From the sequence record OY723358.1: a stretch of 19,510 nucleotides of DNA; one strand, written 5' to 3'. Every line of letters starts with the position of its first letter. The first letter of the stretch is position 1. A model generated the notes under the pieces. The model was not told the DNA's origin. It worked only from the letters and a program-made list of their open reading frames with translations, and did no database searches. Of this stretch, positions 1 through 8,228 are shown piece by piece. The position numbers and the translations under genes were made by a program.

Positions 1-404
1 ATACGCTTACATATTTGGAGCTATTTGCCCCGTCAGGAGATGAAGCTGTAGGCCTTGTAATGCCAGCTGTAAATACAGAAGCAATGCTTGTGCATCTTGA
101 GCACATTTCCATGAAGATTCCTGAAGGAAGTCATGCAGTTATTGTGCTGGATAGAGCTGCTTGGCATACAACAAAGCGACTTAAAAGGTTTAGCAACATA
201 AGCCTTCTACCGCTTCCTCCGGTTTCTCCAGAGTTGAATCCAACAGAACAAGTATGGCAAACGCTTCGAGATGAACATCTAGCGAATCGCTGTTATGAAG
301 ATTATGATGCGATTACAATGGCCTGCTGCGATGCATGGAATGCATTTGTTGACACTCCAACCAGAGTGAGAAGGCTCTGCTCAAGACCGTGGGCTATTTT
401 ATGA
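1..404 (+). CDS. IS630-family DDE transposase, C-terminal part. It is open to the left window edge and is a different element from the two 884-bp copies.
   Basis: The frame is open from base 3 and stops at TGA 402-404. The translation contains VLDRAAWH...LLPLPPVSPELNPTEQVW, the second Asp and the Glu region of the Tc1/IS630 DDE triad. Its protein sequence differs from the transposase at 837-1289. Confidence 0.8.
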   Translation, partial: TLTYLELFAPSGDEAVGLVMPAVNTEAMLVHLEHISMKIPEGSHAVIVLDRAAWHTTKRLKRFSNISLLPLPPVSPELNPTEQVWQTLRDEHLANRCYEDYDAITMACCDAWNAFVDTPTRVRRLCSRPWAIL

Positions 405-427
405 CGTTATTTTTTACGAATGGTATA

Positions 428-454
428 TAGCTAAAATATTTCGTTTTAGTTATA
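428..454 (+). repeat. Left terminal inverted repeat of IS630 copy 1
   Basis: TAGCTAAAATATTTCGTTTTAGTTATA pairs with the reverse complement of 1285-1311 (TAGCTAAAGTGACTTAAATTAGTTATA). Confidence 0.75.
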
Positions 455-463
455 ATTTTTTGA

Positions 464-832
464 ATGACATATTCGCTAGATTTTAGAAAAAAAGTTCTAT
501 CGATCCGAAGCAAAGAAAAATTAAGCTTTGCCCAAGTAGCAAGACGCTTTGGAGTAAGTGTAAATAGTGTGTTTCTCTGGTCTAAGAGGTTAGAGCCGAG
601 GCGCACTAAAATCAGACCTGCAATAAAGATTGATAGAGAGATCTTGATGGAGGATATCAAGAAATACCCTGATGCCTTCAACTATGAACGAGCACATCGT
701 CTCAAAGTAAGCACTTCAGGCATTCGGTGTGCCATGAAGAGGTTAAGAATTAGCTATAAAAAAAACGCTCAACCATCCCAAGGCCTGCGAAACAAAAAGA
801 CAAATCTTTCAAGGAAAAATCGCAGAATATAA
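464..832 (+). CDS. IS630-family transposase, N-terminal DNA-binding (HTH) part, orfA
   Basis: 122-aa ORF inside the IS, beginning MTYSLDFRKKVLSIRSKEKLSFAQVARRFGVSVNSVFLWSKR. This is the HTH region typical of IS630 transposases. The useful frame ends near the A8 run at 758-765, after which the orfB frame carries the conserved sequence. Confidence 0.8.
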   Translation: MTYSLDFRKKVLSIRSKEKLSFAQVARRFGVSVNSVFLWSKRLEPRRTKIRPAIKIDREILMEDIKKYPDAFNYERAHRLKVSTSGIRCAMKRLRISYKKNAQPSQGLRNKKTNLSRKNRRI

Positions 833-836
833 ACGT

Positions 837-1289
837 TTGGGAAAGCCAATTGTATATATTGATGAAAGCGGGTTTGCCCATGATATGCCCCGCACCCACG
901 GTTACTCCAAAATAGGACAGCGATGTTTTGGTACTCATGATTGGGGAGCAAAAGGAAGAACAAATGCAATAGGGGCATTACTTGGAACAAGCCTCCTTAC
1001 ACTTGCGTTATTCGAGTGCAATATTAATACAGATGCCTTTTCCATTTGGGCAGAGGAGGACTTGCTACCGAAACTTCCCTCTGAAAGTATTCTGGTTATG
1101 GATAATGCTTCATTCCATAAAAGCAAATCTATGCAAGAGAAGATCCACGCTGCAGGCCATACCTTGGAATATCTTCCTCCCTATTCCCCTGATCTAAACC
1201 CTATTGAACACAAGTGGGCACAGGCAAAGTCTAAGCGAAGAAAATATCAATGTGGAATAGACGAACTTTTCAAGGAGCACTGCCTATAA
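837..1289 (+). CDS. IS630-family transposase, DDE catalytic part, orfB. Its frame is open from 747.
   Basis: Catalytic motifs are VYIDESGF (first D), VMDNASFH (second D) and PYSPDLNPIEHKW (E), with 34 residues between the second D and the E. Upstream, the same frame reads KKTLNHPKACETKRQIFQGKIAEYKRLGKPIVYIDE. That continues orfA if one base of the A8 run is skipped. Confidence 0.85.
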   Translation: MGKPIVYIDESGFAHDMPRTHGYSKIGQRCFGTHDWGAKGRTNAIGALLGTSLLTLALFECNINTDAFSIWAEEDLLPKLPSESILVMDNASFHKSKSMQEKIHAAGHTLEYLPPYSPDLNPIEHKWAQAKSKRRKYQCGIDELFKEHCL

Positions 1290-1311
1290 CTAATTTAAGT
1301 CACTTTAGCTA
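1285..1311 (-). repeat. Right terminal inverted repeat of IS630 copy 1. It contains the transposase stop codon at 1287-1289.
   Basis: Its reverse complement matches 428-454 at 20 of 27 positions, including the outermost 8 bp. Confidence 0.75.
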
Positions 1312-1934
1312 TAGTTCTTTATCAAATTCTCTCCATTTTTTGCGATTTGACCTCAGAGGAATGACTGGATTTATGCCCTGACTCTCGGCTTGCAATATAA
1401 TTGCGTCACTATCATAAGCTTTATCGGCGAGCAAATGCTCTGCTGAAATACTTTGGATCAAGAAACTTGCTTGAGTGCTGTCATGAGTGGTACCTTGCGT
1501 AACAATAATTCGGACTGGCATACCATGCGCATCCACGGCCAAGTGTATTTTTGTGTTAAGCCCCCTTTTGTCCGACTCATGTCTTGATTACCGCCTTTAG
1601 CTCCCGATGCATGAGGGTGCACCTTAATATGGCTCGCATCTATCATGAGCCATTCATAGTCAGAATCTTCCACTAAACATTCAAGGAACGCTTCCCAAAT
1701 TCTAGCATCCCGCCAACGACAAAAGCGACGGTGAGTGTTTTTCCAATCTCCATAATCAGGTGGTAAGTCTCTCCAAGGAGAGCCTGTTCGAAGAATCCAG
1801 CAAACAGCGTTAATGAACAGACGGTTATCTTTTGCTACGGCGCCCCAACCCCCTTTTCGACCTGGCAGGTGAGGAGCTAACAATTCCCAGACTTTATCTG
1901 AAATATCGTGGCGACGATGCGATGCTTTTCCCAT
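1309..1934 (-). pseudogene. IS5-family (IS427/IS1031-like) transposase, split by a -1 frame change and truncated at its 3' end by IS630 copy 1
   Basis: The upstream frame starts at ATG 1934 and reads MGKASHRRHDISDKVWELLAPHLPGRKGGWG...SPWRDLPPDYGDWKNTHRRFCRWR...MIDASHIKVHPHASGAKGG. The downstream frame reads LNTKIHLAVDAHGMPVRIIVTQGTTHDSTQA...ADKAYDSDAI...VIPLRSNRKKWREFDKEL. The frames join at AAAAGGGGGC (1560-1569, minus strand). The ORF stops inside the IS630 terminus, so the usual C-terminal part of the family is missing. The outer end of the element (about 1935-2000) could not be defined. Confidence 0.8.
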
Positions 1935-2005
1935 AGAAAATTCCTTTGTTGCATTGGTATAAGACAGCAAAGTATATCAAATTCAAAATTTCTTGACGAC
2001 ACTAT

Positions 2006-2653
2006 CTAATGAAGTTTTAGGGTGCGGTAGGCATCGTCGATCTGATCAAGAGAGGTGATGCAACAGCTGAGGTCTTTAAGAAGACCCGTAGAAATATCAT
2101 AAACCCATCCGTGAATGGCAAGTGCTTTCCCTTTGGCCCAGGCATTTTGAACAATCGTGGTATGGCAAACATTCATCACCTGTGTCAAAACATTTAGCTC
2201 CACAAGGCGTTTATACCTTCCCTCTTTGTCTTGGATTTGATCAAGAGTCTCTTTCTCGCGGAAATAGACGTCTCGAATGTTGCGAAGCCAATTATCAACG
2301 AGTCCAAACTGAGCATTTTCCATAGCAGCAGCAACTCCCCCACATCCATAGTGCCCGCAGACAATGACATGCTCAATCCCGAGATTTTCAACGCCATACT
2401 CTAGAACAGAGAGGCAATTAACGTCGGTGTTTGGAACGATATTAGCTACATTACGATGAACAAAGACCTCTCCAGCCTCTAGCCCAATCATTTCATTCGC
2501 AGGAATCCGGCTGTCAGAGCATCCAATCCAGAGATACTTTGGAGCTTGCCCATCCACATGCCTTTTAAAAACATCGGGATCCTCTTTCTTCTTCCCTTCG
2601 GACCACGTGCGATTTTTTTCAAATAATTCTTTAAGTTTTCTCATGGAACCCAT
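2006..2653 (-). CDS. can: Beta-class carbonic anhydrase (Can/YadF type)
   Basis: The 215-aa ORF aligns along its length with E. coli Can as I recall it. Shared stretches include LWIGCSDSRIPANE, GEVFVHRNVANIV, VIVCGHYGCGGV and IHGWVYDISTGLL, which cover the Cys/Asp-Arg/His/Cys zinc-site motifs. Confidence 0.9.
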   Translation of the reverse strand: MGSMRKLKELFEKNRTWSEGKKKEDPDVFKRHVDGQAPKYLWIGCSDSRIPANEMIGLEAGEVFVHRNVANIVPNTDVNCLSVLEYGVENLGIEHVIVCGHYGCGGVAAAMENAQFGLVDNWLRNIRDVYFREKETLDQIQDKEGRYKRLVELNVLTQVMNVCHTTIVQNAWAKGKALAIHGWVYDISTGLLKDLSCCITSLDQIDDAYRTLKLH

Positions 2654-2714
2654 TGTAGGGTCCCAGCTTGATTTATTTCTATAATTTGCTGATTTAATCG
2701 AGCGAATCTGATCT

Positions 2715-3593
2715 TTAAGAAGCCGTCGTAAACGGTAGGGCGACGGAGAGCGTCATCACGACAACAAGAGAAAAAATAAACATCTTTCGGGCCCAGCGCG
2801 CATCATTTTTAGCAGAAAAACCTTTGAGGGCAAGAATAAGCCAAGAAATGCCAACAAGCGCCATAATCAGCATGAAGGTCGACGTAGTATAGCCACAAAG
2901 GGTTAAAAGAGCTGTCGCCATGATGAACGCGAGAAGATAGGTGGTCATGTGGACCTTTGTCTTGCGCATTCCTTTAACACAGGGAAAAACAGGAATCGAG
3001 GCCTTGGTATAGTCGCTAAGGCGGTAAATGGCGATAGCAAAAAAGTGGGGCATTTGCCACATAGCAATAATAGCGAAAAGGATGAATGCTCCAAGGTCAA
3101 GCGTATGCGCCGCGGTGGTATAGCCCACAACTGGTGGAATAGCACCTGCAATACTTCCAATAAGGGTCCCATAAGTTGTCTGATACTTCGACAGTGAGTA
3201 GACAATCACGTAGAAAAAAAAGCCCGTTAGGGCAACGCAAGTTGTTAATAGATTTGTTCCTATAGCAAAGGTCAATGTGCCTAAAAGACCAAGCCCGGTT
3301 CCAAAAAGAAGTGCTTTTCGATGAGGAATAATCCCACGGGCTAAGGCACGGTATTTAGTACGATTCATCTTTGCATCATGATTGCGGTCGATATAGTTAT
3401 TGAAAACACAAGCAGACGCAATGATTAAAGCAAGTCCCAGAACCATATACAGAAAAAGTCCTAAATCAAAGTGTCCTCTTGCTGCTAAAGCATACCCTCC
3501 AGCAGTCGTCAGTGCGTTTCCCAGGATGATCCCTGGCTTCGTTAGGAGAAGATAGTGCTTCAACGTCAGAGGACTTCTTAGTGTTTTTTCCAT
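2715..3593 (-). CDS. cyoE: Protoheme IX farnesyltransferase (heme O synthase)
   Basis: 292-aa polytopic membrane ORF of the UbiA prenyltransferase family (LLLTKPGIILGN..., NNYIDRNHDAKMNRT). It lies directly downstream of cyoD, with AGGA 5 nt before the ATG. Confidence 0.9.
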   Translation of the reverse strand: MEKTLRSPLTLKHYLLLTKPGIILGNALTTAGGYALAARGHFDLGLFLYMVLGLALIIASACVFNNYIDRNHDAKMNRTKYRALARGIIPHRKALLFGTGLGLLGTLTFAIGTNLLTTCVALTGFFFYVIVYSLSKYQTTYGTLIGSIAGAIPPVVGYTTAAHTLDLGAFILFAIIAMWQMPHFFAIAIYRLSDYTKASIPVFPCVKGMRKTKVHMTTYLLAFIMATALLTLCGYTTSTFMLIMALVGISWLILALKGFSAKNDARWARKMFIFSLVVVMTLSVALPFTTAS

Positions 3594-3632
3594 TTCATCC
3601 TAAATTCATATTTTCTTCTGTAAATACAGCGG

Positions 3633-3962
3633 TTAATGCCCCATACGAGGCATCGCATTGTAGTTCAAATTGTTCATAATCCATATTGTTCCTCCAATAA
3701 GTATAAACATTAGAGCGACCCCAAAAATAAACATGATTAAATTCCAACGCGGTTTTTCTTCAAGTCCAAGATGGAGGAAAAAAATCAACTGAATCAATGC
3801 TAAAACGCAACCAATCATTATGATGGATAACATTAAAGTGTCATGTTTTAAGTGCCCATATGCCACAATCCTGTAGGCAGAAGCCACTAATACAAGAGAT
3901 ATAACAAACCCAATCCATAAGGGTTTAAAACTTAGATTCCATCCATGATGCTCATCAATCAT
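3633..3962 (-). CDS. cyoD: Cytochrome o ubiquinol oxidase subunit IV
   Basis: I chose the ATG at 3962 because it overlaps the cyoC stop as ATGA. This gives about 110 aa with three hydrophobic helices, matching the size and operon position of CyoD. The longer ORF-track start at 4004 lies inside cyoC. Confidence 0.8.
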   Translation of the reverse strand: MIDEHHGWNLSFKPLWIGFVISLVLVASAYRIVAYGHLKHDTLMLSIIMIGCVLALIQLIFFLHLGLEEKPRWNLIMFIFGVALMFILIGGTIWIMNNLNYNAMPRMGH

Positions 3963-4552
3963 ACGATTCCTAATAAGTAAACAATTGTATAAATAAAAGC
4001 CCAAACAATGCTAAGAAACTGCCAAAACATCTTGAGACAAGTAAGGCGTAGCACCGAGCGAGCTGTAATTCCAAAGCGGAAAACTGGAATAAGAAGAACA
4101 ATCACCCATAAAAGCGCGAAAACAAGGTGAAGAACAAAAATCCCTACTAGAGAGAAAAATGACGATGCAAAAGCATTCTTTTCCCATCCACTCCCAGCAG
4201 CAATAAAATAGGATAATTCATGAAATTCCATCCCCAAAAAGGCAATCCCCAACACAAAAGAAATGAGAAAAAAAACGATTGTCCCTCCTTTCTTCTTTCT
4301 ATGAGTATAGACTCCAGCGATTCCGACAGTAAATGTACTGATCAAGAAAATAACGGTTTGAAGCGTCGCATGATCTAAATTGAAAAGTTGCTTCTGAGTC
4401 GGCCCTCCAAAATGATTGCCACTCAATACAGCATAAGCTGCAAAAATTGTGGCAAACAGCATGAAATCTGTTAATAAGTAGAGCCAAAACCCAAAAACCG
4501 TTTTAGAGTAAACATCATGATGAGTATCCGGACTCACCTCGTGTGTATTCAT
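3959..4552 (-). CDS. cyoC: Cytochrome o ubiquinol oxidase subunit III
   Basis: 197-aa membrane ORF between cyoB and cyoD. Size and position fit heme-copper oxidase subunit III. ATGA overlaps occur at both ends. Confidence 0.9.
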   Translation of the reverse strand: MNTHEVSPDTHHDVYSKTVFGFWLYLLTDFMLFATIFAAYAVLSGNHFGGPTQKQLFNLDHATLQTVIFLISTFTVGIAGVYTHRKKKGGTIVFFLISFVLGIAFLGMEFHELSYFIAAGSGWEKNAFASSFFSLVGIFVLHLVFALLWVIVLLIPVFRFGITARSVLRLTCLKMFWQFLSIVWAFIYTIVYLLGIV

Positions 4553-6513
4553 GTAGCGCGACTCCTTGTTTCAATTTGCTCAACTTCCTCAGCTTTAACA
4601 TAATAATCGGTTTCTTTCACAAAAAGGCGGGCAATTAGAGCAACAAGAATGCCTATAAAGGTAATCGCTGCAAGCCAAAAGATATGCCAAACAAGAGCAA
4701 ATCCCATAACGCAACTTAGAATGCCAATATTGACTCCCACCATCGAATTTTTTGGCATATGAATATCCTCATACTTCCGTTTGGCAATATCTTTTTTAGA
4801 CTTTTTTAGTTCCCAAAAAGCATCTCTTGAATGGACTTCAGGTAAATGCGCAAAATTGTAGAATGGAGGAGGAGACGCTGTAGACCATTCTAAAGCCCTT
4901 CCATTCCATGGATCTCCAGTTGTGTCTTTATTCTCATTTCTTTCTTTAATGCTCTTATACAGTTGAGCAGCCTGGAACAAAACCCCAATCAAAATAAGAA
5001 AAGCTCCAATACAGGCTACAATAAAGAGAGGTTGCCATCCATTTCCAGCAGGGTAATGGTTCATTCGGCGTGTTGCACCCATAAACCCGAGAAGATAAAG
5101 GGGGAAAAAAGCAACGATGAATCCAACAAACCAAAACCAAAACGCATATTTTCCCAATTTTTCGTTGAGTCTAAAACCTGTAAACTTGGGAAACCAGTAG
5201 GAATATCCTGAGAAAAACCCAAATAGAACCCCGCCAATAATTACCGAATGAAAATGAGCAATTAAAAAGAGGCTATTATGCACTTGGAAATCAATTCCTG
5301 GAATTGCCATCATTACTCCAGTCATCCCTCCTGTGACAAAAATAAAAATGAACCCCATGAACCATAACATTGGAGTTGTGAATGTGACTTTCCCTCGATA
5401 AATGGTAAAAAGCCAGTTGAAAACTTTCACTCCAGTAGGAATGGCAATAACCATTGTCATAATTCCAAAAAAAGCATTTACGTTTGCCCCGGCACCCATT
5501 GTAAAAAAATGATGCAACCAAACAATAAATGAGAGGAATGTAATCACAGCAATGGCCCAAACCATTGATGTATAACCAAAGAGTTTTTTGTGAGAAAACA
5601 CGGGTACAACTTCCGAAAAAATCCCAAATGCGGGAAGAACAAGAATATAAACCTCTGGGTGTCCCCACGCCCATATTAAGTTGATATACATCATAGGATT
5701 GCCCCCGTAGTCTGCTGTAAAAATTTTTGTATCCAGCAAACGATCTGTTGAAAGCATTCCAATTGTTCCAGTTAGAATGGGAAATGCAAAAATCACAAGA
5801 ACCACTGTAGCAAGCGTTGCCCAAACAAAAACTGGCATCCTCATCAGCTTCATTCCAGGACAGCGCATCTTCAGAATTGTTACTAAGAAATTAATGCCTG
5901 ACAACAAGGAACCTGCTCCAGATATCTGTATGCTCCAAAGCCAGTAATCAACACCAACTCCGGGATTATACTTAAGACCGGCAAGGGGTGGATATGCGGT
6001 CCACCCCGTCCCGGCAAAGACTCCAATCACAAGCGAGATGAAGATATAGAGTCCTCCTGCTGCAAAGAGCCAAAAACTAATGGAGTTAAGAAGGGGAAAA
6101 GCGACGTCACGCGCACCAATTTGAAGAGGTAATACAAGATTGATAATTCCAAAAACCACTCCCATTCCTACAAAAAAGATCATCGTTACCCCATGGGCTG
6201 TAAAAATCTGCTGGAAGTGTTCCGCTCCTAAATATCCCATACAGTCTCCAGAAGCAGTGGCCTGCTGAGCACGCATCATTAAACCGTCAATCAATCCTTT
6301 TGCAAGTTGAATTGCTGAAAAAACTATATACATGATTCCTATCTTCTTATGGTCAACCGAGGTAAACCACTCCCTCCAAAGCCAACCCCACTTTTTTAAA
6401 TAGGTTATCAAAATAATAACAACTAAAGCACCGCCTACAATTGATACATCTGCAGCATATTCAATCCAGTCATGCTTCAATGCATGCTCACCAAGTCTTC
6501 CAAATAAACTCAT
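4549..6513 (-). CDS. cyoB: Cytochrome o ubiquinol oxidase subunit I (heme-copper oxidase catalytic subunit)
   Basis: The 654-aa ORF is collinear with E. coli CyoB as recalled. Shared stretches include DHKKIGIMY, IFTAHG, LPLQIGARDVAFP, WAWGHPEVYIL, WLHHFFTMGAGANVNAFFG, FLIAHFH and GDPWNGRALEW. Confidence 0.95.
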   Translation of the reverse strand: MSLFGRLGEHALKHDWIEYAADVSIVGGALVVIILITYLKKWGWLWREWFTSVDHKKIGIMYIVFSAIQLAKGLIDGLMMRAQQATASGDCMGYLGAEHFQQIFTAHGVTMIFFVGMGVVFGIINLVLPLQIGARDVAFPLLNSISFWLFAAGGLYIFISLVIGVFAGTGWTAYPPLAGLKYNPGVGVDYWLWSIQISGAGSLLSGINFLVTILKMRCPGMKLMRMPVFVWATLATVVLVIFAFPILTGTIGMLSTDRLLDTKIFTADYGGNPMMYINLIWAWGHPEVYILVLPAFGIFSEVVPVFSHKKLFGYTSMVWAIAVITFLSFIVWLHHFFTMGAGANVNAFFGIMTMVIAIPTGVKVFNWLFTIYRGKVTFTTPMLWFMGFIFIFVTGGMTGVMMAIPGIDFQVHNSLFLIAHFHSVIIGGVLFGFFSGYSYWFPKFTGFRLNEKLGKYAFWFWFVGFIVAFFPLYLLGFMGATRRMNHYPAGNGWQPLFIVACIGAFLILIGVLFQAAQLYKSIKERNENKDTTGDPWNGRALEWSTASPPPFYNFAHLPEVHSRDAFWELKKSKKDIAKRKYEDIHMPKNSMVGVNIGILSCVMGFALVWHIFWLAAITFIGILVALIARLFVKETDYYVKAEEVEQIETRSRAT

Positions 6514-7376
6514 TTTTTACTTCCTTCTGGCATATATTGAATCAGTATCTGATCAAAAAGCTGATCTTCGATCTTCCCGTATATCTCTACATTATTGTAT
6601 TCGCTTGGTTCAACCAGCTGTTTATAAATATCCCAACTAAGTTCTTTCCCAGAACTCTTAACATGCTGTACCCAGTTCTGAAAGTCTTGTTTATTGCTTG
6701 CAACTGCTTTGAAAATCATACCAGCAAATCCTTTCCCGCTAATATTTGCTGAACGTCCCTCAAACTCTCCAGTTTCATTTGCAAGTAAGTGAATAGAAGT
6801 TGTCATTGCTGGCATTGCATAAATCTGCCCACCAAGTTGAGGGATCCAAAATGAATTCATCGGTGCATCAGCGGTGACAACAAAATCAATAGGTGTTTTT
6901 TCGGGAAATTGTACATAATTTACTGTTGCAATTCCTTGATCAGGGTAAATAAACAACCACTTCCAATCTAGAGCTACAGCTTGAATCTTGATAGGAGTTG
7001 TTCCATTTTGAATAGGTTTAAATGGATTGAGGTCATGGCTGGTTTTCCATGTAATCACAGCAAGAATAATAATAATCACGACAGGAACACCCCACCAAAA
7101 ACATTCTGCAATGTTATTATGCTCCCAATCAGGAGTATGCTTAGAGCCTCTTCCTTCCCGGTATTTCCAACCAAAAACAACAGCTAGAACCAAAACAGGA
7201 ATTACCACAATAAGCATCAGTAAAGAACTGGTAATAATTAACTCTCTTTCTTTCACACTGATTAGCCCTTTCGGTTCTAAAACAGGAATATTATGAGTGC
7301 TGACAAAATACACAGTCAACGCTCCGACAGCAATGATGAGGAGAGTGATAACGACGATTTTAAAAGCTCTTTTCAT
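6510..7376 (-). CDS. cyoA: Cytochrome o ubiquinol oxidase subunit II (quinol-oxidising type, no CuA site)
   Basis: 288 aa with N-terminal membrane helices. The cupredoxin domain reads PMNSFWIPQLGGQIYAMPAMTTSIHLLANETGEFEGRSANISGKGFAGM, closely parallel to E. coli CyoA and lacking the His/Cys CuA ligands of cytochrome c oxidases. An ATGA overlap joins it to cyoB. Confidence 0.9.
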   Translation of the reverse strand: MKRAFKIVVITLLIIAVGALTVYFVSTHNIPVLEPKGLISVKERELIITSSLLMLIVVIPVLVLAVVFGWKYREGRGSKHTPDWEHNNIAECFWWGVPVVIIIILAVITWKTSHDLNPFKPIQNGTTPIKIQAVALDWKWLFIYPDQGIATVNYVQFPEKTPIDFVVTADAPMNSFWIPQLGGQIYAMPAMTTSIHLLANETGEFEGRSANISGKGFAGMIFKAVASNKQDFQNWVQHVKSSGKELSWDIYKQLVEPSEYNNVEIYGKIEDQLFDQILIQYMPEGSKK

Positions 7377-7455
7377 CTCAAGGCATTCTCAAAAAAAAAT
7401 TACGTTAATTCTTGGTTCTACAATATAATGCACATCTTGTCTACAATAAAAAATT

Positions 7456-7911
7456 ATGGGTATGAAAATAGCAATCAGTTCAGACGAATACCGCCCCATT
7501 ATTGACCAGCTTATTCGTAAGGTTGAATCACAGGGGCATCAAACGATCTACTTTGGGCCTGAAAAAGAAGCTGCAGATCAGGATTGGACAACAGTCACTC
7601 GAAAAGCAATTCAAGAAATTCACGAAGGGAAGGCTGATGAAGGCATCGTCTTGTGCTGGACAGGAACAGGCTGTACCATTCTTTCCAACAAATTCCCTGG
7701 GATCCGCGCTGCCCTTTGTGTCGATGGAGAAACAGCCAAAGGAGCACGCATTTATAACCATGCCAATGTCCTCGGACTCAGCTTGCGTCTTCTTTCATCT
7801 GAAATACTCCAAGAAATTCTCGATCAGTGGTTCTCAACGCCATTTAGTACTGATGCCTGGAATCTATCTCAAATCAAAGAACTTGAAACAATTGAAAAGA
7901 GAAGCAAATGA
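7456..7911 (+). CDS. RpiB/LacA/LacB-family sugar-phosphate isomerase homologue (divergent)
   Basis: It is collinear with E. coli RpiB as recalled: MKIAISSD, EGIVLCWTGTGCTILSNKFPGIRAAL and NHANVLGL. The start may be ATG 7462 (MKIAIS) rather than 7456. Confidence 0.75.
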   Translation: MGMKIAISSDEYRPIIDQLIRKVESQGHQTIYFGPEKEAADQDWTTVTRKAIQEIHEGKADEGIVLCWTGTGCTILSNKFPGIRAALCVDGETAKGARIYNHANVLGLSLRLLSSEILQEILDQWFSTPFSTDAWNLSQIKELETIEKRSK

Positions 7912-8228
7912 GCGCTTTGTCAACTTTCAGCTCTTAGCAACTAAGCTCACTCATTTTGGAAGAACGTGACTGGCTAGAGGCCCACCCACCCCTAGAAAGC
8001 GAAGAAGCCGTGATTGCCAATTTTAAGTAAGAACACCAAGCCTTTGAATATTTAGAAGATGTAATTTACTCGTGTAATTTAAAATACAATTAATATTCCG
8101 ATTTAATTACATTAAGAAAAAAAGATCAGGTCCCTGCTCTATTTAAAAGGTGCGTCACAAGTAATACATACGACTCTTCTACCACTAGTGGGAGAAAATA
8201 TACTCAGGGACCGGCCACCCTCTTTGAT

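Larger units (their letters stand above)
428..1311 (+). mobile_element. IS630-family insertion sequence, copy 1 (884 bp), inserted into an IS5-family transposase gene
   Basis: It differs at only 7 positions from 14498-15381. Imperfect terminal inverted repeats lie at 428-454 and 1285-1311, matching at 20 of 27 positions (blocks TAGCTAAA and TTAGTTATA). TA flanks both ends (426-427, 1312-1313), which is the IS630/Tc1 target duplication. It carries HTH and DDE transposase ORFs. Confidence 0.9.

Noticed and set aside
394-681. 95-aa hydrophobic ORF antisense to IS630 orfA, repeated at 14464-14751
   Set aside because: It lies opposite the transposase HTH region and crosses the IS end into unrelated flanks in both copies. 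It has no family resemblance and is most simply a by-product of the AT-rich antisense strand.
5291-5824. 177-aa minus-strand ORF, and other ORFs of 60-90 aa inside cyoB, cyoE, can and phoH2
   Set aside because: They are alternative frames of strongly supported genes. Their composition is Cys/Trp/Ser-rich and they resemble no known family.
7502-7969. 155-aa ORF overlapping the RpiB-family gene in another frame
   Set aside because: The RpiB frame aligns residue by residue with a known family and this frame does not.
7938-8030. 30-codon open frame ending ...EERDWLEAHPPLESEEAVIANFK-stop in the rpiB-kinase spacer, possibly a gene remnant
   Set aside because: It has no start codon and no recognisable motif, and it is too short to judge without a database search.
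8074-8112. Imperfect inverted repeat TGTAATTTAAA ... TTTAATTACA upstream of the kinase gene, considered as an operator
   Set aside because: It lies in very AT-rich sequence where such matches arise by chance, and there is no second copy or associated regulator.
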